Assembly (NCBI RefSeq): GCF_003044035.1
Contig: NZ_NVQC01000022.1
Span: 120,001 to 152,000 of the forward strand
Length of the DNA: 32,000 bases
Direction: 5' to 3'
Origin: Candidatus Methylomirabilis limnetica
GTDB taxonomy: Bacteria > Methylomirabilota > Methylomirabilia > Methylomirabilales > Methylomirabilaceae
Of the stretch, positions 17,479 through 26,459 are shown one piece after another; the stretch's first letter is position 1; the number at the start of each line of letters is the position of its first letter. Made by a program: the position numbers and the translations under genes. The notes under the pieces are model-generated. The model ran no database searches and was not told the DNA's origin. It worked only from the letters and a program-made list of their open reading frames with translations.

Positions 17479-18357
17479 CTACTTGGAGATGATCGGTTCA
17501 CGGCCTGACTCTCGTTTTCTAGCCCTCAGATGTTCGACGGTCTCCCATGGCACCTCGACCCCTCCCAGCTCGGCATCCGCAACAACCCCACCTCCGTGAA
17601 AATCGCTTCCCCCGGTGGGCACGAGCCGATGCTGCCCGGCGACGGCGAGCAGGGACGCTGTGATTTCCGAGGTATACCCCTTGTAGTAGACCTCGATCCC
17701 CTCCAAGCCCGCCTCCATCATCATCGGCAGCAGTCGCGATAGATCCAGATGGTAATCGCTTGCCCCCACGATGATCGGGTGCGCCAGCGAAGATACACCG
17801 TGAGCCTCCCTGATCAGGCTAACCGCCTCCTGTGGAGGGAGCTTCGGACCCTCAACATAGCCAGGACCCCCTCGTTTCAGAAAACGCGAGAACGCCTCAT
17901 TCACCGACGCAACGTAGCCACGCTCTAAAAGGGCCATCGCAATATGTGGCCGTCCAACCGATCCCCCATCCGCGATGGCCATTACACGGTCCCACTCTAG
18001 CGGACACCTGAGTGCGCCTAACCGCTCGACCATGGCTTTGGCCTGAGCGAGTCTATCCTCCTGCAATCGACGGAGGGCCTTTTGCAGGAACGGGTCGTCC
18101 GCGTCGAGCAAGTAACCCAGGATATGGAGCTCGTCGCCGTCCAGGCTTGTGCTGATCTCGATCCCCGGAATCACCTCGATTGCCAGACCTGATGCGGCCG
18201 CTTGCGCCTCGGCGATCCCATCTACGCTATCGTGGTCGGTTACGGCCATGATGCGGATCCCAATCAGGTCGGCGGCCTTCACCAGCTCTTCCGGCCGAAG
18301 CGCACCGTCGGAGGCCTTCGTGTGAAGGTGCAGATCGACACGACTCGCCATCGTCAT
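17479..18357 (-). CDS. PHP-domain metal-dependent phosphoesterase (TrpH/YciV-like).
   Basis: 292 aa. It has VDLHLHTKASDGALRPEELV and AVTDHDSVDG, and a C-terminal ..GGSDFHG.. that fits the PHP histidine set. Its start overlaps the rbfA stop by 4 nt. Confidence 0.8.
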   Translation of the reverse strand: MTMASRVDLHLHTKASDGALRPEELVKAADLIGIRIMAVTDHDSVDGIAEAQAAASGLAIEVIPGIEISTSLDGDELHILGYLLDADDPFLQKALRRLQEDRLAQAKAMVERLGALRCPLEWDRVMAIADGGSVGRPHIAMALLERGYVASVNEAFSRFLKRGGPGYVEGPKLPPQEAVSLIREAHGVSSLAHPIIVGASDYHLDLSRLLPMMMEAGLEGIEVYYKGYTSEITASLLAVAGQHRLVPTGGSDFHGGGVVADAELGGVEVPWETVEHLRARKRESGREPIISK

Positions 18358-18716
18358 TGCTCCTTAGTTCCGGTAGCCTCGATCTGCCGGAACAGCTTAT
18401 CCAAGTGCAGCTCCTGCTCCAGCGAATCATCAAGCGAGAAGAGAATTTCCGGGACATAGCGAAGTGTAAGCCTCCGCCCTAGCTCTCCACGGAGAAAACC
18501 AGCCGCACGCTTTAGGCCGATCAGCGACTCCTGGCGCTGCTTCTCCTCGCCTTTGATCGAAGCGATATAGACCACCGCTTGTCGTAAGTCATCGGTCACA
18601 CTGACACGGGTAACCGCTACAAAACCAATCCTCGGATCCTTCACTGACTGCAGGATCAGACGACTGATCTCTTCCTGTATCAGGGTACTCACGCGGTCGG
18701 CACGCCTGCCTTGCAT
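18354..18716 (-). CDS. rbfA: Ribosome-binding factor A.
   Basis: It begins MQGRRADRVSTLIQEEISRLILQSVKDPRIGFVAVTRVSVTDDLRQAVVY. I prefer ATG 18716 because GAGGGG lies 6 nt upstream. The track starts at TTG 18737. Confidence 0.85.
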   Translation of the reverse strand: MQGRRADRVSTLIQEEISRLILQSVKDPRIGFVAVTRVSVTDDLRQAVVYIASIKGEEKQRQESLIGLKRAAGFLRGELGRRLTLRYVPEILFSLDDSLEQELHLDKLFRQIEATGTKEQ

Positions 18717-18750
18717 TATCATCCCCTCAACAACCAAGAGGTCGGGAGCA

Positions 18751-19038
18751 TCAATAGGCCATCAGATCGATTTCGTAATCGAGAATCAGGGCGTCGGCGT
18801 CAGTCTCAATGAGGTTCACCACTTTGGCCAGGGTCTCATCTACCAATCGAGAATTATTACTGACGCAGACGATCCCAAGCGTGGCGCGTTGCCATTCATC
18901 AAGACGATCTACCTCGGCAACGGAGACATTGAAGCGGCCTCGAATACGATCCTTGAGACTCTTGACAACCCGCCGCTTACCCTTGAGGGAGCTGTTTCCA
19001 GCCAGACGCAGCTCAACGCGGCACGTTCCAACGGTCAT
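18751..19038 (-). CDS. DUF503 (YlxP-like) protein.
   Basis: It begins MTVGTCRVELRLAGNSSLKGKRRVVKSLKDRIRGRFNVSVAEVD.., the DUF503 pattern. It occupies the usual slot between infB and rbfA. The start could be ATG 19038 or TTG 19044, and neither has a clear SD. Confidence 0.8.
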   Translation of the reverse strand: MTVGTCRVELRLAGNSSLKGKRRVVKSLKDRIRGRFNVSVAEVDRLDEWQRATLGIVCVSNNSRLVDETLAKVVNLIETDADALILDYEIDLMAY

Positions 19039-19044
19039 GGGCAA

Positions 19045-19182
19045 AAAGGTTCAAGGTTCAACGTGCAAAGTTCAACGTTCGATGTTCAAGGTTCGATGTT
19101 CGATGTTCAAGGTTTCAGATTCTTACCACTCTTAAACTTTGCACGTTGAACTTTGAACTTTGAACGTTGAACTTTTCAACAT
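19045..19182. repeat. Palindromic heptamer array: (NGTTCRA)x10, then (GAACNTT)x5-6.
   Basis: Ten in-phase heptamers lie at 19049-19118: ggttcaa ggttcaa cgtgcaa agttcaa cgttcga tgttcaa ggttcga tgttcga tgttcaa ggtttca. Inverted units lie at 19141-19182: gcacgtt gaacttt gaacttt gaacgtt gaacttt tcaacat. Positions 19046-19072 can pair with 19135-19161, giving 27 bp of which 2 are G-T on the plus strand. Confidence 0.85.
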
Positions 19183-19185
19183 CTT

Positions 19186-21588
19186 TTAAAGTTTCTGGGC
19201 TACCGATTCAAGGTCGAACACTTCCAGGATATCGCCAAGTTTGACGTCATTGAAGTTCATCAGGCCGACGCCGCACTCAAACCCGCTCTGCACCTCTCGG
19301 GCATCCTCCTTGAAGCGGCGAAGTGACCCAACTCGCCCCTTGTGGACTACCTTGCCATCCCGAATAAGGCGGACCTGACTATCTCTACAGACCTTACCCT
19401 CCACAACGTATGCGCCGGCTATGGCTCCAATTTTAGGCACAGTAAAGACCTGGCGAACCTCTACGCGACCAATCGATCGCTCGATATATTTGGGATCCAG
19501 TAGCCCCTCCATCGCCTGCCGGATCTCGTTGATGGCATTGTAGATTACGGTGTAGAGCCGAATCTCGACGCCTTCCAGCTCAGCCAGCTTCTGGGTCTTT
19601 GACTCAGGACGCACGTTGAATCCTACAATGACAGCGTTGGAGGCTGACGCCAGCATCACGTCAGTTTCGTTGATGGCGCCCACCGACGCGTGGATCACCT
19701 TCAACCTGACCGCCTCGGTGCTAATCCGCTCCAGCGATTCGCGAAGCGGCCCAACGGAGCCCTGGACGTCCCCCTTGATAATCATCCGAAGTTCTTTGAC
19801 TTCACCCTCCCGGATGCGACGGTGCAAATCCTCCAGGGTCATGCGGTGCTTCGAACCGATCCTCTCCTCGCGATGTTTCTGCTGTCGGCTGATGGCGATC
19901 AGTCGTCCCTTCCGCTCGTCGGACACCACAACAAACGTATCTCCGGCCATGGGGATGCCCGAAAGACCCAGTACCTCCACCGGGGTCGCGGGCCCGGCCA
20001 TCTGAACCTTTTTTCTCGTCTCATTGTTCATAGCCCGCACCCGACCCGAATGCAATCCGGCGACGATCACGTCCCCCACATTCAGGGTCCCATTCTGCAC
20101 CAACACTGTCGCGACTGGTCCCCGACTACGATCCAGTTCGGCCTCAATGATGACACCCTTCGCTGCCCTGTGCGGGTTCGCTCTCAGCTCCTGAACCTCG
20201 GCCAGCAGAAGCAGCATCTCGAGAAGGTGGTCTATACCCTCCTTCTTTTTGGCCGAGACCTCCACATAGACCGTCTGCCCTCCCCAATCTTCCGGGACCA
20301 GACCGTAATCCGCCATCTGTTGCCTGGCACGGTTCGAATCGGCGCCGGGCTTATCGATCTTGTTAATCGCGACCAGGATCGGAACGCCTGCATCCTTGGC
20401 GTGGTTAATCGCCTCCACGGTCTGGGGCATCACCCCGTCATCGGCCGCCACTACCAGGACCACGATATCGGTCGCCTGCGCCCCACGCGCCCGCATGGCG
20501 GTAAACGCCTCGTGGCCCGGCGTGTCCAGGAACGTGATCTTGCCACCCGGCAGATCGACTTGATAGGCGCCGATGTGTTGGGTAATCCCACCTGCCTCCG
20601 AGGCCATGACATTGGTCTGCCGGATCGCATCCAGCAGGGAGGTTTTGCCGTGATCGACATGACCCATGATCGTAACCACCGCAGGCCTGGGTAGGAGCAA
20701 CGAAAGGTCCTCAAGCTCCCTCGCCCCGGCCGCAGTCTCTTCCAGGGGCGTCACTTCCACTAAGAATCCTAGCTTATCGGCCGCGCCCTTGACCACATCC
20801 ACATCGAGCGGCTGGTTAATAGTGGCAATGATCCCCATCTTAATCAACTGCTTGATGAGCTCGCTAGGGCTCATCGCGATCGTCTCCGCTAGCTCCTTCA
20901 CGGTGATCGTCTCCGCAATCTTGACTATCGGGCGTAGCGGAGGAATGGGCTCGCGCTCGGACTGCGCTACCTGGACCTGAGGTTTCAGCGCTGGTGGGAT
21001 CACGGTCACCCTCTGCCCTGGAGCGGAGGTAGGCGGAGGTGGCGTTGGAGTCTGGGATGGCTCCCTTTTCAAGCCGGCTGTCGCTACCGGGCTTTCGCGA
21101 AGAGGCTCTAACGGTACAGAGGGCGGCTGTTCGAGAACTGCTGTTCCCTTAGAGGGCTGTAGGGCAGAGACAACCTTGGGCTTCTGGGGTTCCTTTTGCT
21201 CAAGCGAGCTCGATTTTAAAACTGGCCCTACCTCTTCGATTATTGGCTTGGCCTTGGCCGGTGCCTTTGTCTCGACAAGCCCGGATCGAGCGGGCTTGTC
21301 AGCTGAGATCTTGGTCGTTGTTGTCGGCACGTCAGCCTTTCCTGCCGCGGGACGTTGGCTTTCCACGGGCTTGGCGTGAACCGCCTGATCTGAAGGAGAC
21401 GTCTCCAGCGGTTTGGGCTTAGGACGACTTTTCTTCTGAGCCGGTGCGGCTGTCAGGAGCGACCTCACATGGTCCTCATCCACGTTGCTGCTATGGCTCT
21501 TGAGTTGCAAGCCAGACCCCTCAAGCCGGTCAATGAGCTCTTTGCTTGACATGCCGAGGACTTTCGCTAGATCGTAAACCCTCATCAT
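19186..21588 (-). CDS. infB: Translation initiation factor IF-2.
   Basis: It has an N-terminal Pro/Ala/Lys-rich region. The GTPase motifs are [17 protein letters not shown] and NKID, followed by C-terminal domains. I prefer ATG 21588 ([12 protein letters not shown]) because GGAG lies 5 nt upstream. The track start is GTG 21594. Confidence 0.95.
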   Translation of the reverse strand: MMRVYDLAKVLGMSSKELIDRLEGSGLQLKSHSSNVDEDHVRSLLTAAPAQKKSRPKPKPLETSPSDQAVHAKPVESQRPAAGKADVPTTTTKISADKPARSGLVETKAPAKAKPIIEEVGPVLKSSSLEQKEPQKPKVVSALQPSKGTAVLEQPPSVPLEPLRESPVATAGLKREPSQTPTPPPPTSAPGQRVTVIPPALKPQVQVAQSEREPIPPLRPIVKIAETITVKELAETIAMSPSELIKQLIKMGIIATINQPLDVDVVKGAADKLGFLVEVTPLEETAAGARELEDLSLLLPRPAVVTIMGHVDHGKTSLLDAIRQTNVMASEAGGITQHIGAYQVDLPGGKITFLDTPGHEAFTAMRARGAQATDIVVLVVAADDGVMPQTVEAINHAKDAGVPILVAINKIDKPGADSNRARQQMADYGLVPEDWGGQTVYVEVSAKKKEGIDHLLEMLLLLAEVQELRANPHRAAKGVIIEAELDRSRGPVATVLVQNGTLNVGDVIVAGLHSGRVRAMNNETRKKVQMAGPATPVEVLGLSGIPMAGDTFVVVSDERKGRLIAISRQQKHREERIGSKHRMTLEDLHRRIREGEVKELRMIIKGDVQGSVGPLRESLERISTEAVRLKVIHASVGAINETDVMLASASNAVIVGFNVRPESKTQKLAELEGVEIRLYTVIYNAINEIRQAMEGLLDPKYIERSIGRVEVRQVFTVPKIGAIAGAYVVEGKVCRDSQVRLIRDGKVVHKGRVGSLRRFKEDAREVQSGFECGVGLMNFNDVKLGDILEVFDLESVAQKL

Positions 21589-21625
21589 TCCCACTCCGGA
21601 TCACCCCCCCCAGACCTTCCGAGGC

Positions 21626-22246
21626 TCAGCCCTGCCCCCCAAATCGGCGGCCTGACCATGCGGCCTCTCTCGTTTCCATCTCCACCGGTATCTTTTCCAG
21701 AACTGACATCACCGCCCCTGCAAAGCACGGATCCGTCACAGCGACGCACGCTCGAGGGGCCCCTCCGAGAGCGGCCCCTAACTCCTCCTTACCCATGGCC
21801 TGCCTCCATGCGATGCCAACCTCTGCGGCCATGGTCCGCAACTTCGAAACCGAGTTCGCCGATGCGTCTACCGCACTCAGGATCAACCGGGCTGTATGGC
21901 GCTTCACGGCCGATTCCACCGCCTCTGTGCCTGAGGCGACCTTGCGGGCTCGGCGCGCAAGCCCAAGAAGAGCAGCCACCTTGCGCAAGACACGTTCTCG
22001 GATCAGCCCCTCAAGGGCCTGCACTGTCATCGGTTCGAGCGTCACCTTCAGACAGCGCGCAAACTCATCTCTTTTTACCGCCTGCTCCAGGCATATGTGG
22101 AGCGGGCAGACATACACCCCGCGTCCAGCTCCCCCGCCCAGATCCACGCCCAGCCTCCCGCCTGGCACAAGATGTACGCGAACAAGATCCCTCTTCGGCC
22201 GGCTCGTACGGCAGGCTACGCAAGAGCGCAGGAGCTGAGAGACCAC
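21626..22246 (-). CDS. Fusion of YlxR/DUF448 (RnpM-like) and an L7Ae/YlxQ-like RNA-binding domain.
   Basis: The N-terminal part, LRSCVACRTSRPKRDLVRV..GRGVYVC, is the DUF448 signature. The C-terminal part, LLGLARRARKVASGTEAVESAVKRHTARLILSAVDASANSVSKL, is L7Ae/YlxQ-like. Both lie in one 206-aa ORF. The GTG start follows the nusA stop directly. Confidence 0.8.
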   Translation of the reverse strand: MVSQLLRSCVACRTSRPKRDLVRVHLVPGGRLGVDLGGGAGRGVYVCPLHICLEQAVKRDEFARCLKVTLEPMTVQALEGLIRERVLRKVAALLGLARRARKVASGTEAVESAVKRHTARLILSAVDASANSVSKLRTMAAEVGIAWRQAMGKEELGAALGGAPRACVAVTDPCFAGAVMSVLEKIPVEMETREAAWSGRRFGGQG

Positions 22247-23548
22247 CTATCCTGCATCCCTCGAAGCGAGGGCGGCTTTCGCAACCTCGATCAATTTCCG
22301 GGCTGTCTTCGGGCCAACCCCCTCTACCTGGACCAGGACTTCTTCCGATGCATGAGCCAACTTCTGGTAACTGTCCAGGCCAGCCTCGATCAGGCGATCA
22401 GCTAATTTTTCCCCTACGCCAGGCAAATCCGCTAGTCGCATAGGAACAGGAGGAGGACTCTCCGCCACCGACACTGCGGCCTCGAGCTCTGGCATGATCT
22501 GCTCTGCCAACTGTTTCTGAATCTCGCCCCGGCCCTTGACATCCACTTTCCATCCTACCAGCTTCGCCGCCAGACGAGCGTTCTGTCCCCGTTTCCCAAT
22601 AGCCAGAGAGAGCTGACCGTCAGCTACGAGCACCTTGAGGGTGTGCGTCTCATGAGCAACTTCGACGCTCTCAACCTCGGCTGGGGCAAGCGCACTCCGG
22701 ACGAAGGAAGCCGGGTCGTCCTTCCAGGCGATCACGTCGATCTTTTCACCCATCAGCTCTCTGACGATAGCCTGAACTCGACTGCCACGATATCCAACGC
22801 AGGCCCCCACCGGATCCACATTGCTGTCCCGTGAGGCCACAGCCACCTTGGCTCGTTCGCCCGCATCGCGGGCCACCGCCTTGATTTCAACGATCCCCTC
22901 GTAGATCTCGGGAACCTCGATCTCGAGCAGCTTGGCCAAGAGACCGGGATGCGTTCGTGAAAGGACAATCTGGGATCCCCTTGGTAATTTCTTCACATCC
23001 AGAACATACGCCCGAACGCGATCGCCAGTCCTGTGATCTTCGCGGGGAAGCTGCTCTCTGGGGGGAATAATTGCCTCAGCCTTCCCGAGATTGACTATGA
23101 CGTTGCCCTTTACAACTCGCTGTACGACGCCACCCACCATTTCACCCACTCTGGCCTTAAAAGCCTGAAACACACTCTCCCGTTCGGCCTCTCTGACCCG
23201 CTGGATGATGACCTGTTTCGCTGTTTGGGCAGCAATCCGTCCGAACTCTTTTGCCTTCATCTCAGTCTTGATCTCATCGCCAAGTTGGGCCCCAGGGCTT
23301 ATCAATTGGGCCTCATCGATGGAGATCTCGACATGGGGATTCAGAACCTCCTCGGCAACCTTTCGCACTGCGTACAGCGTAAAGCAACGAGCCCGTTGAT
23401 CAAACTCCACGCGTAGATCAAGGGCGGCTCCAAGGGTCTTGCGGGACGCGGAGAGGATCGCCGCGCTGACAGCCTCAATCAGAACTGCCGAATCTATCTC
23501 TTTCTCGCGTCCGACTTGTTCTATAACCTGCAGTAAATCGATGCCCAT
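22247..23548 (-). CDS. nusA: Transcription termination/antitermination factor NusA.
   Basis: It begins MGIDLLQVIEQVGREKEIDSAVLIEAV. It has an S1 domain, two KH domains (..AIGKRGQNARLAAKLVGWKVDV..) and a C-terminal HhH region. I prefer ATG 23548 over GTG 23557. Confidence 0.93.
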   Translation of the reverse strand: MGIDLLQVIEQVGREKEIDSAVLIEAVSAAILSASRKTLGAALDLRVEFDQRARCFTLYAVRKVAEEVLNPHVEISIDEAQLISPGAQLGDEIKTEMKAKEFGRIAAQTAKQVIIQRVREAERESVFQAFKARVGEMVGGVVQRVVKGNVIVNLGKAEAIIPPREQLPREDHRTGDRVRAYVLDVKKLPRGSQIVLSRTHPGLLAKLLEIEVPEIYEGIVEIKAVARDAGERAKVAVASRDSNVDPVGACVGYRGSRVQAIVRELMGEKIDVIAWKDDPASFVRSALAPAEVESVEVAHETHTLKVLVADGQLSLAIGKRGQNARLAAKLVGWKVDVKGRGEIQKQLAEQIMPELEAAVSVAESPPPVPMRLADLPGVGEKLADRLIEAGLDSYQKLAHASEEVLVQVEGVGPKTARKLIEVAKAALASRDAG

Positions 23549-23559
23549 TAGTCTCACAC

Positions 23560-23630
23560 CAGGGTTTAGGGAAGAGCTAAATGCCTTCCTATTTTCTATA
23601 CCCTATACCCTGAACCCTATACCCTGCTCT
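23560..23630. repeat. Heptamer array (CTATACC-type x5) with two inverted units upstream.
   Basis: The array at 23596-23630 reads ctatacc ctatacc ctgaacc ctatacc ctgctct. The inverted units agggttt agggaag lie at 23561-23574. Positions 23560-23571 pair with 23615-23626 (12 positions, one T-T mismatch). A local hairpin forms between ggaag (23570-74) and cttcc (23585-89). Confidence 0.75.
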
Positions 23631-24092
23631 TTACAGGATCGGGTCCAGTCGGGACTTCACAATCAGCGCATAAGGGATAAGGGCAATCGTACCATCCTCC
23701 CGTTCCAGCAATATCCGTTCCTCCTCGTACCCCCTCAGGATGCCAAGAAACCGTCGTTGACCGGCAACGGCCGATGAGGTACTTATCCTCGCCCGTTGGC
23801 CCACGAAGCGAAGAAAATCCGACTCTAAGCGGAGTGGCCGGTACAAACCAGGAGAGGAGACTTCGAGTGAGTAGGGATGACCGATAAGATCCTCTATGTC
23901 GAGAAGGTCGCTCAGCTCTTCGCTCACTCGTTGGCAATCCCCCAAGACCACCCCACCAGGCTTGTCGATGTAGAGGCGGAGGATCCATCCGTTTGCTTCT
24001 CGACGGAACTCAACGTCTACAAGCTCCAGCCCCAACTCCATGAAGAGCGGAATGGCGATCGTTCTAACCCGCTCTACGACCTCCCCAGTCAT
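23631..24092 (-). CDS. rimP: Ribosome maturation factor RimP.
   Basis: It begins MTGEVVERVRTIAIPLFMELGLELVDVEFRREANGWILRLYIDKPGG. I prefer ATG 24092 because AAGGGGTG lies 7 nt upstream. The track starts at TTG 24116. Confidence 0.88.
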   Translation of the reverse strand: MTGEVVERVRTIAIPLFMELGLELVDVEFRREANGWILRLYIDKPGGVVLGDCQRVSEELSDLLDIEDLIGHPYSLEVSSPGLYRPLRLESDFLRFVGQRARISTSSAVAGQRRFLGILRGYEEERILLEREDGTIALIPYALIVKSRLDPIL

Positions 24093-24207
24093 ATAACAAC
24101 ACCCCTTATAAAACAAAGAGCGGGCATCGCTGGCCCACTCATGTCAAAATAGCACATTTCTCTTGAACCGTACAAGGGAAATCAAAGGGAAGTAGGTGAG
24201 GAGAGGT

Positions 24208-26298
24208 CTATTCTCCTTTCGCCTTTTTCAATTCTGCGACCACTCGCTCCATTAGATGCTGGGGAACCTCGTCGTAGTGAGAGAACTCTACAGTATAGTC
24301 ACCTCGGTCGCCGGTGATGGCCTTGAGCTGTGTGGCATACTCCAACACTTCAGCCATAGGAACATGGGCCTTGATAGTCTGCCCCTTCCCCTTAGCCTCC
24401 ACGCCCATCACGTGTCCCCGTCTGCTGTTCAGGTCGCCGATCACATCCCCCATACACTCGTCGGGGACCATCACCTCAACCGTCATGATCGGCTCCAGAA
24501 GAGTTGGGTGTGCCTGCAGTACGCCCTTTTTAAACGCCAATGAACCAGCAACCCTGAAAGCCATTTCCGAGGAATCAACGGCATGGTACGAGCCATCGTA
24601 GAGAGTGACCTTCACATCCACGACAGGATACCCGACCAGGCTCCCTTCTTCCATCGCCTCCATGATCCCTCTCTCCACCGCTGGGATGTACTGCTTGGGA
24701 ATAACTCCCCCCACAACTTGGTTCACGAATTCGTACCCCTCGCCTCGAGGGAGCGACTCAAGCCTGATCCAACAATCACCGTACTGTCCATGGCCACCGG
24801 TCTGCTTCTTATGCCTTCCCTGAACCTCCGTTCGCCCGTGAATTGTCTCCTTGTACGGTACGCGTAGCGTATGCATCTGGACCTCGAGTCCGAACTTCCG
24901 CTTGAGGCGCTCGACCGCCATCTCCAAGTGGGCCTTACCCATCCCGGCCAGGATGATCTCCTTGGTCTGCGGATCGCGTCGAACCTGAAGAGAGGGATCC
25001 TCTTCCTGAAGTCGATGGAGCCCCAAGCTCATTTTTTCATCATCCCCTCTTGTCTTAGGCGCGATGGCATACTCGATGATGGGGCTTGGGATCCTCGCCG
25101 GTTCCAGGCGGATTGGACTTCGCTCATCGCAGAGGGTATCACCTGTGCCTGTCTCCTTCAGCTTCACCACAGCCCCAAGATCTCCCGCCCCGATTGCCGA
25201 AACCGGAATCTGATGTTTACCCAGGAGCAGCACCGCCTGGCCAATCCTTTCCTTACACCCTTTGGTGCTATTGTAGACGATGGAATCTGAAGAGAGCGTA
25301 CCGGAGTACACCCGGAAAAGTGTCATCTTGCCGGCGTAGGGATCGACGAGTGTTTTACACACTAGAGCAGACAATGGGGCATCCTCTCTGCTTTCTCGGA
25401 CAAGCGGCTCCCCGTTCCTCGGATCGATTCCCATGCTGGCTTCACGATCTATCGGGGATGGAAAGACCTCTGTCAGGAGATCCAGCAAAAGCTGTACGCC
25501 GATGTTCTTAAGAGCCGAACTGCAGAGAACCGGAACAAGCTTTCCCATGATAACCGCCCGCTGCAGCCCGGTCTTCAGCTCATCGTACGAAAGCGTCCCG
25601 GATTCCAGATACTTCTCCAGCAGTCTGTCGTCACTGTCCGCGATCACCTCCATCAGCGCCGATTGTAGCTCCTCTGCCTTCGGTCTCAGATCCGGTGGAA
25701 TCTCCCCTTCGGAGAACTTCCCCGCCATCTCGCCCTGGTAGATCCTGGCTTTCATTCGCAGTAGATCGACCACACCCATGAAGGAGGCTTGCGTTCCTAT
25801 TGGGAGCTGGATGGGTGTGGCCACCGGGCAGAGGTTCTTACGAATATCTTCCAAGGTTCGGAAAAAGTCGGCCTGCTCCCGATCCATCTTATTGACAATA
25901 ATCGCCCTCGCAAGGCCTTCTGTTTCAGCGTACTCCCAAACCTTCTCCGTCTGCACCTTCACGCCGGATACGCTACTCACCACCACAACCGCGCCGTCAA
26001 CGACCCTCATGCAGTTTCGGGTATCAGTCAGGAAGATGGACGCTCCAGGAGTATCAATCAGGTTAAGCTTGCACCCTTTCCACTCACAGAAGGCGAAGGC
26101 TGAGCTGACGCTCATCTTTCTCTTGATCTCGTCTTCGTCGAAGTCAGTGACGGTCGTCCCATCTTCGACCTTTCCAAGTCGAGAAATGGCACCGGCGTCG
26201 AAAAGCATCGCCTCAGTCAGCGTCGTCTTACCTGCGCCTCCGTGGGCTACGATCGCTACGTTGCGGATCCTGGCAATCCCAACCCCGCTCATTGCCAT
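24208..26298 (-). CDS. fusA: Elongation factor G family GTPase (EF-G paralogue).
   Basis: 696 aa. Its motifs are IRNVAIVAHGGAGKTTLTEAML, DTPG and NKMD, with EF-G domains II-V (..GDVIGDLNSRRG..). It is not in a str-operon context here. Confidence 0.9.
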   Translation of the reverse strand: MAMSGVGIARIRNVAIVAHGGAGKTTLTEAMLFDAGAISRLGKVEDGTTVTDFDEDEIKRKMSVSSAFAFCEWKGCKLNLIDTPGASIFLTDTRNCMRVVDGAVVVVSSVSGVKVQTEKVWEYAETEGLARAIIVNKMDREQADFFRTLEDIRKNLCPVATPIQLPIGTQASFMGVVDLLRMKARIYQGEMAGKFSEGEIPPDLRPKAEELQSALMEVIADSDDRLLEKYLESGTLSYDELKTGLQRAVIMGKLVPVLCSSALKNIGVQLLLDLLTEVFPSPIDREASMGIDPRNGEPLVRESREDAPLSALVCKTLVDPYAGKMTLFRVYSGTLSSDSIVYNSTKGCKERIGQAVLLLGKHQIPVSAIGAGDLGAVVKLKETGTGDTLCDERSPIRLEPARIPSPIIEYAIAPKTRGDDEKMSLGLHRLQEEDPSLQVRRDPQTKEIILAGMGKAHLEMAVERLKRKFGLEVQMHTLRVPYKETIHGRTEVQGRHKKQTGGHGQYGDCWIRLESLPRGEGYEFVNQVVGGVIPKQYIPAVERGIMEAMEEGSLVGYPVVDVKVTLYDGSYHAVDSSEMAFRVAGSLAFKKGVLQAHPTLLEPIMTVEVMVPDECMGDVIGDLNSRRGHVMGVEAKGKGQTIKAHVPMAEVLEYATQLKAITGDRGDYTVEFSHYDEVPQHLMERVVAELKKAKGE

Positions 26299-26401
26299 TT
26301 ACCCCATATATCGCGCAAGCCGCTCAAAAGCCCCGAGGTTCTTTTCGGACTACAGCGGCCGCCAGGTTGTTAAGAGAAAATCATCTCCTCGTGAAAGCAA
26401 C

Positions 26402-26434
26402 GATGCCCTTCCCGAACGAGTCGGGAAGGGCATC
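26402..26434 (-). terminator. Stem-loop terminator candidate downstream of rplQ.
   Basis: A perfect 14-bp stem forms between gatgcccttcccga (26402-26415) and tcgggaagggcatc (26421-26434), with a 5-nt loop. It starts 25 nt after the rplQ stop. The minus-strand tail GUUGCUUUCAC is only moderately U-rich. Confidence 0.55.
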
Positions 26435-26459
26435 CTGTACTTAAGTCAAATCATTGTCC

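Noticed and set aside
24117-24207. A promoter for rimP-nusA-infB: TTGTAC-18-TATTTT on the minus strand, and a TTGACA lacking a properly spaced -10.
   Set aside because: The match to consensus is poor and the spacing non-optimal, so it is too weak to annotate.
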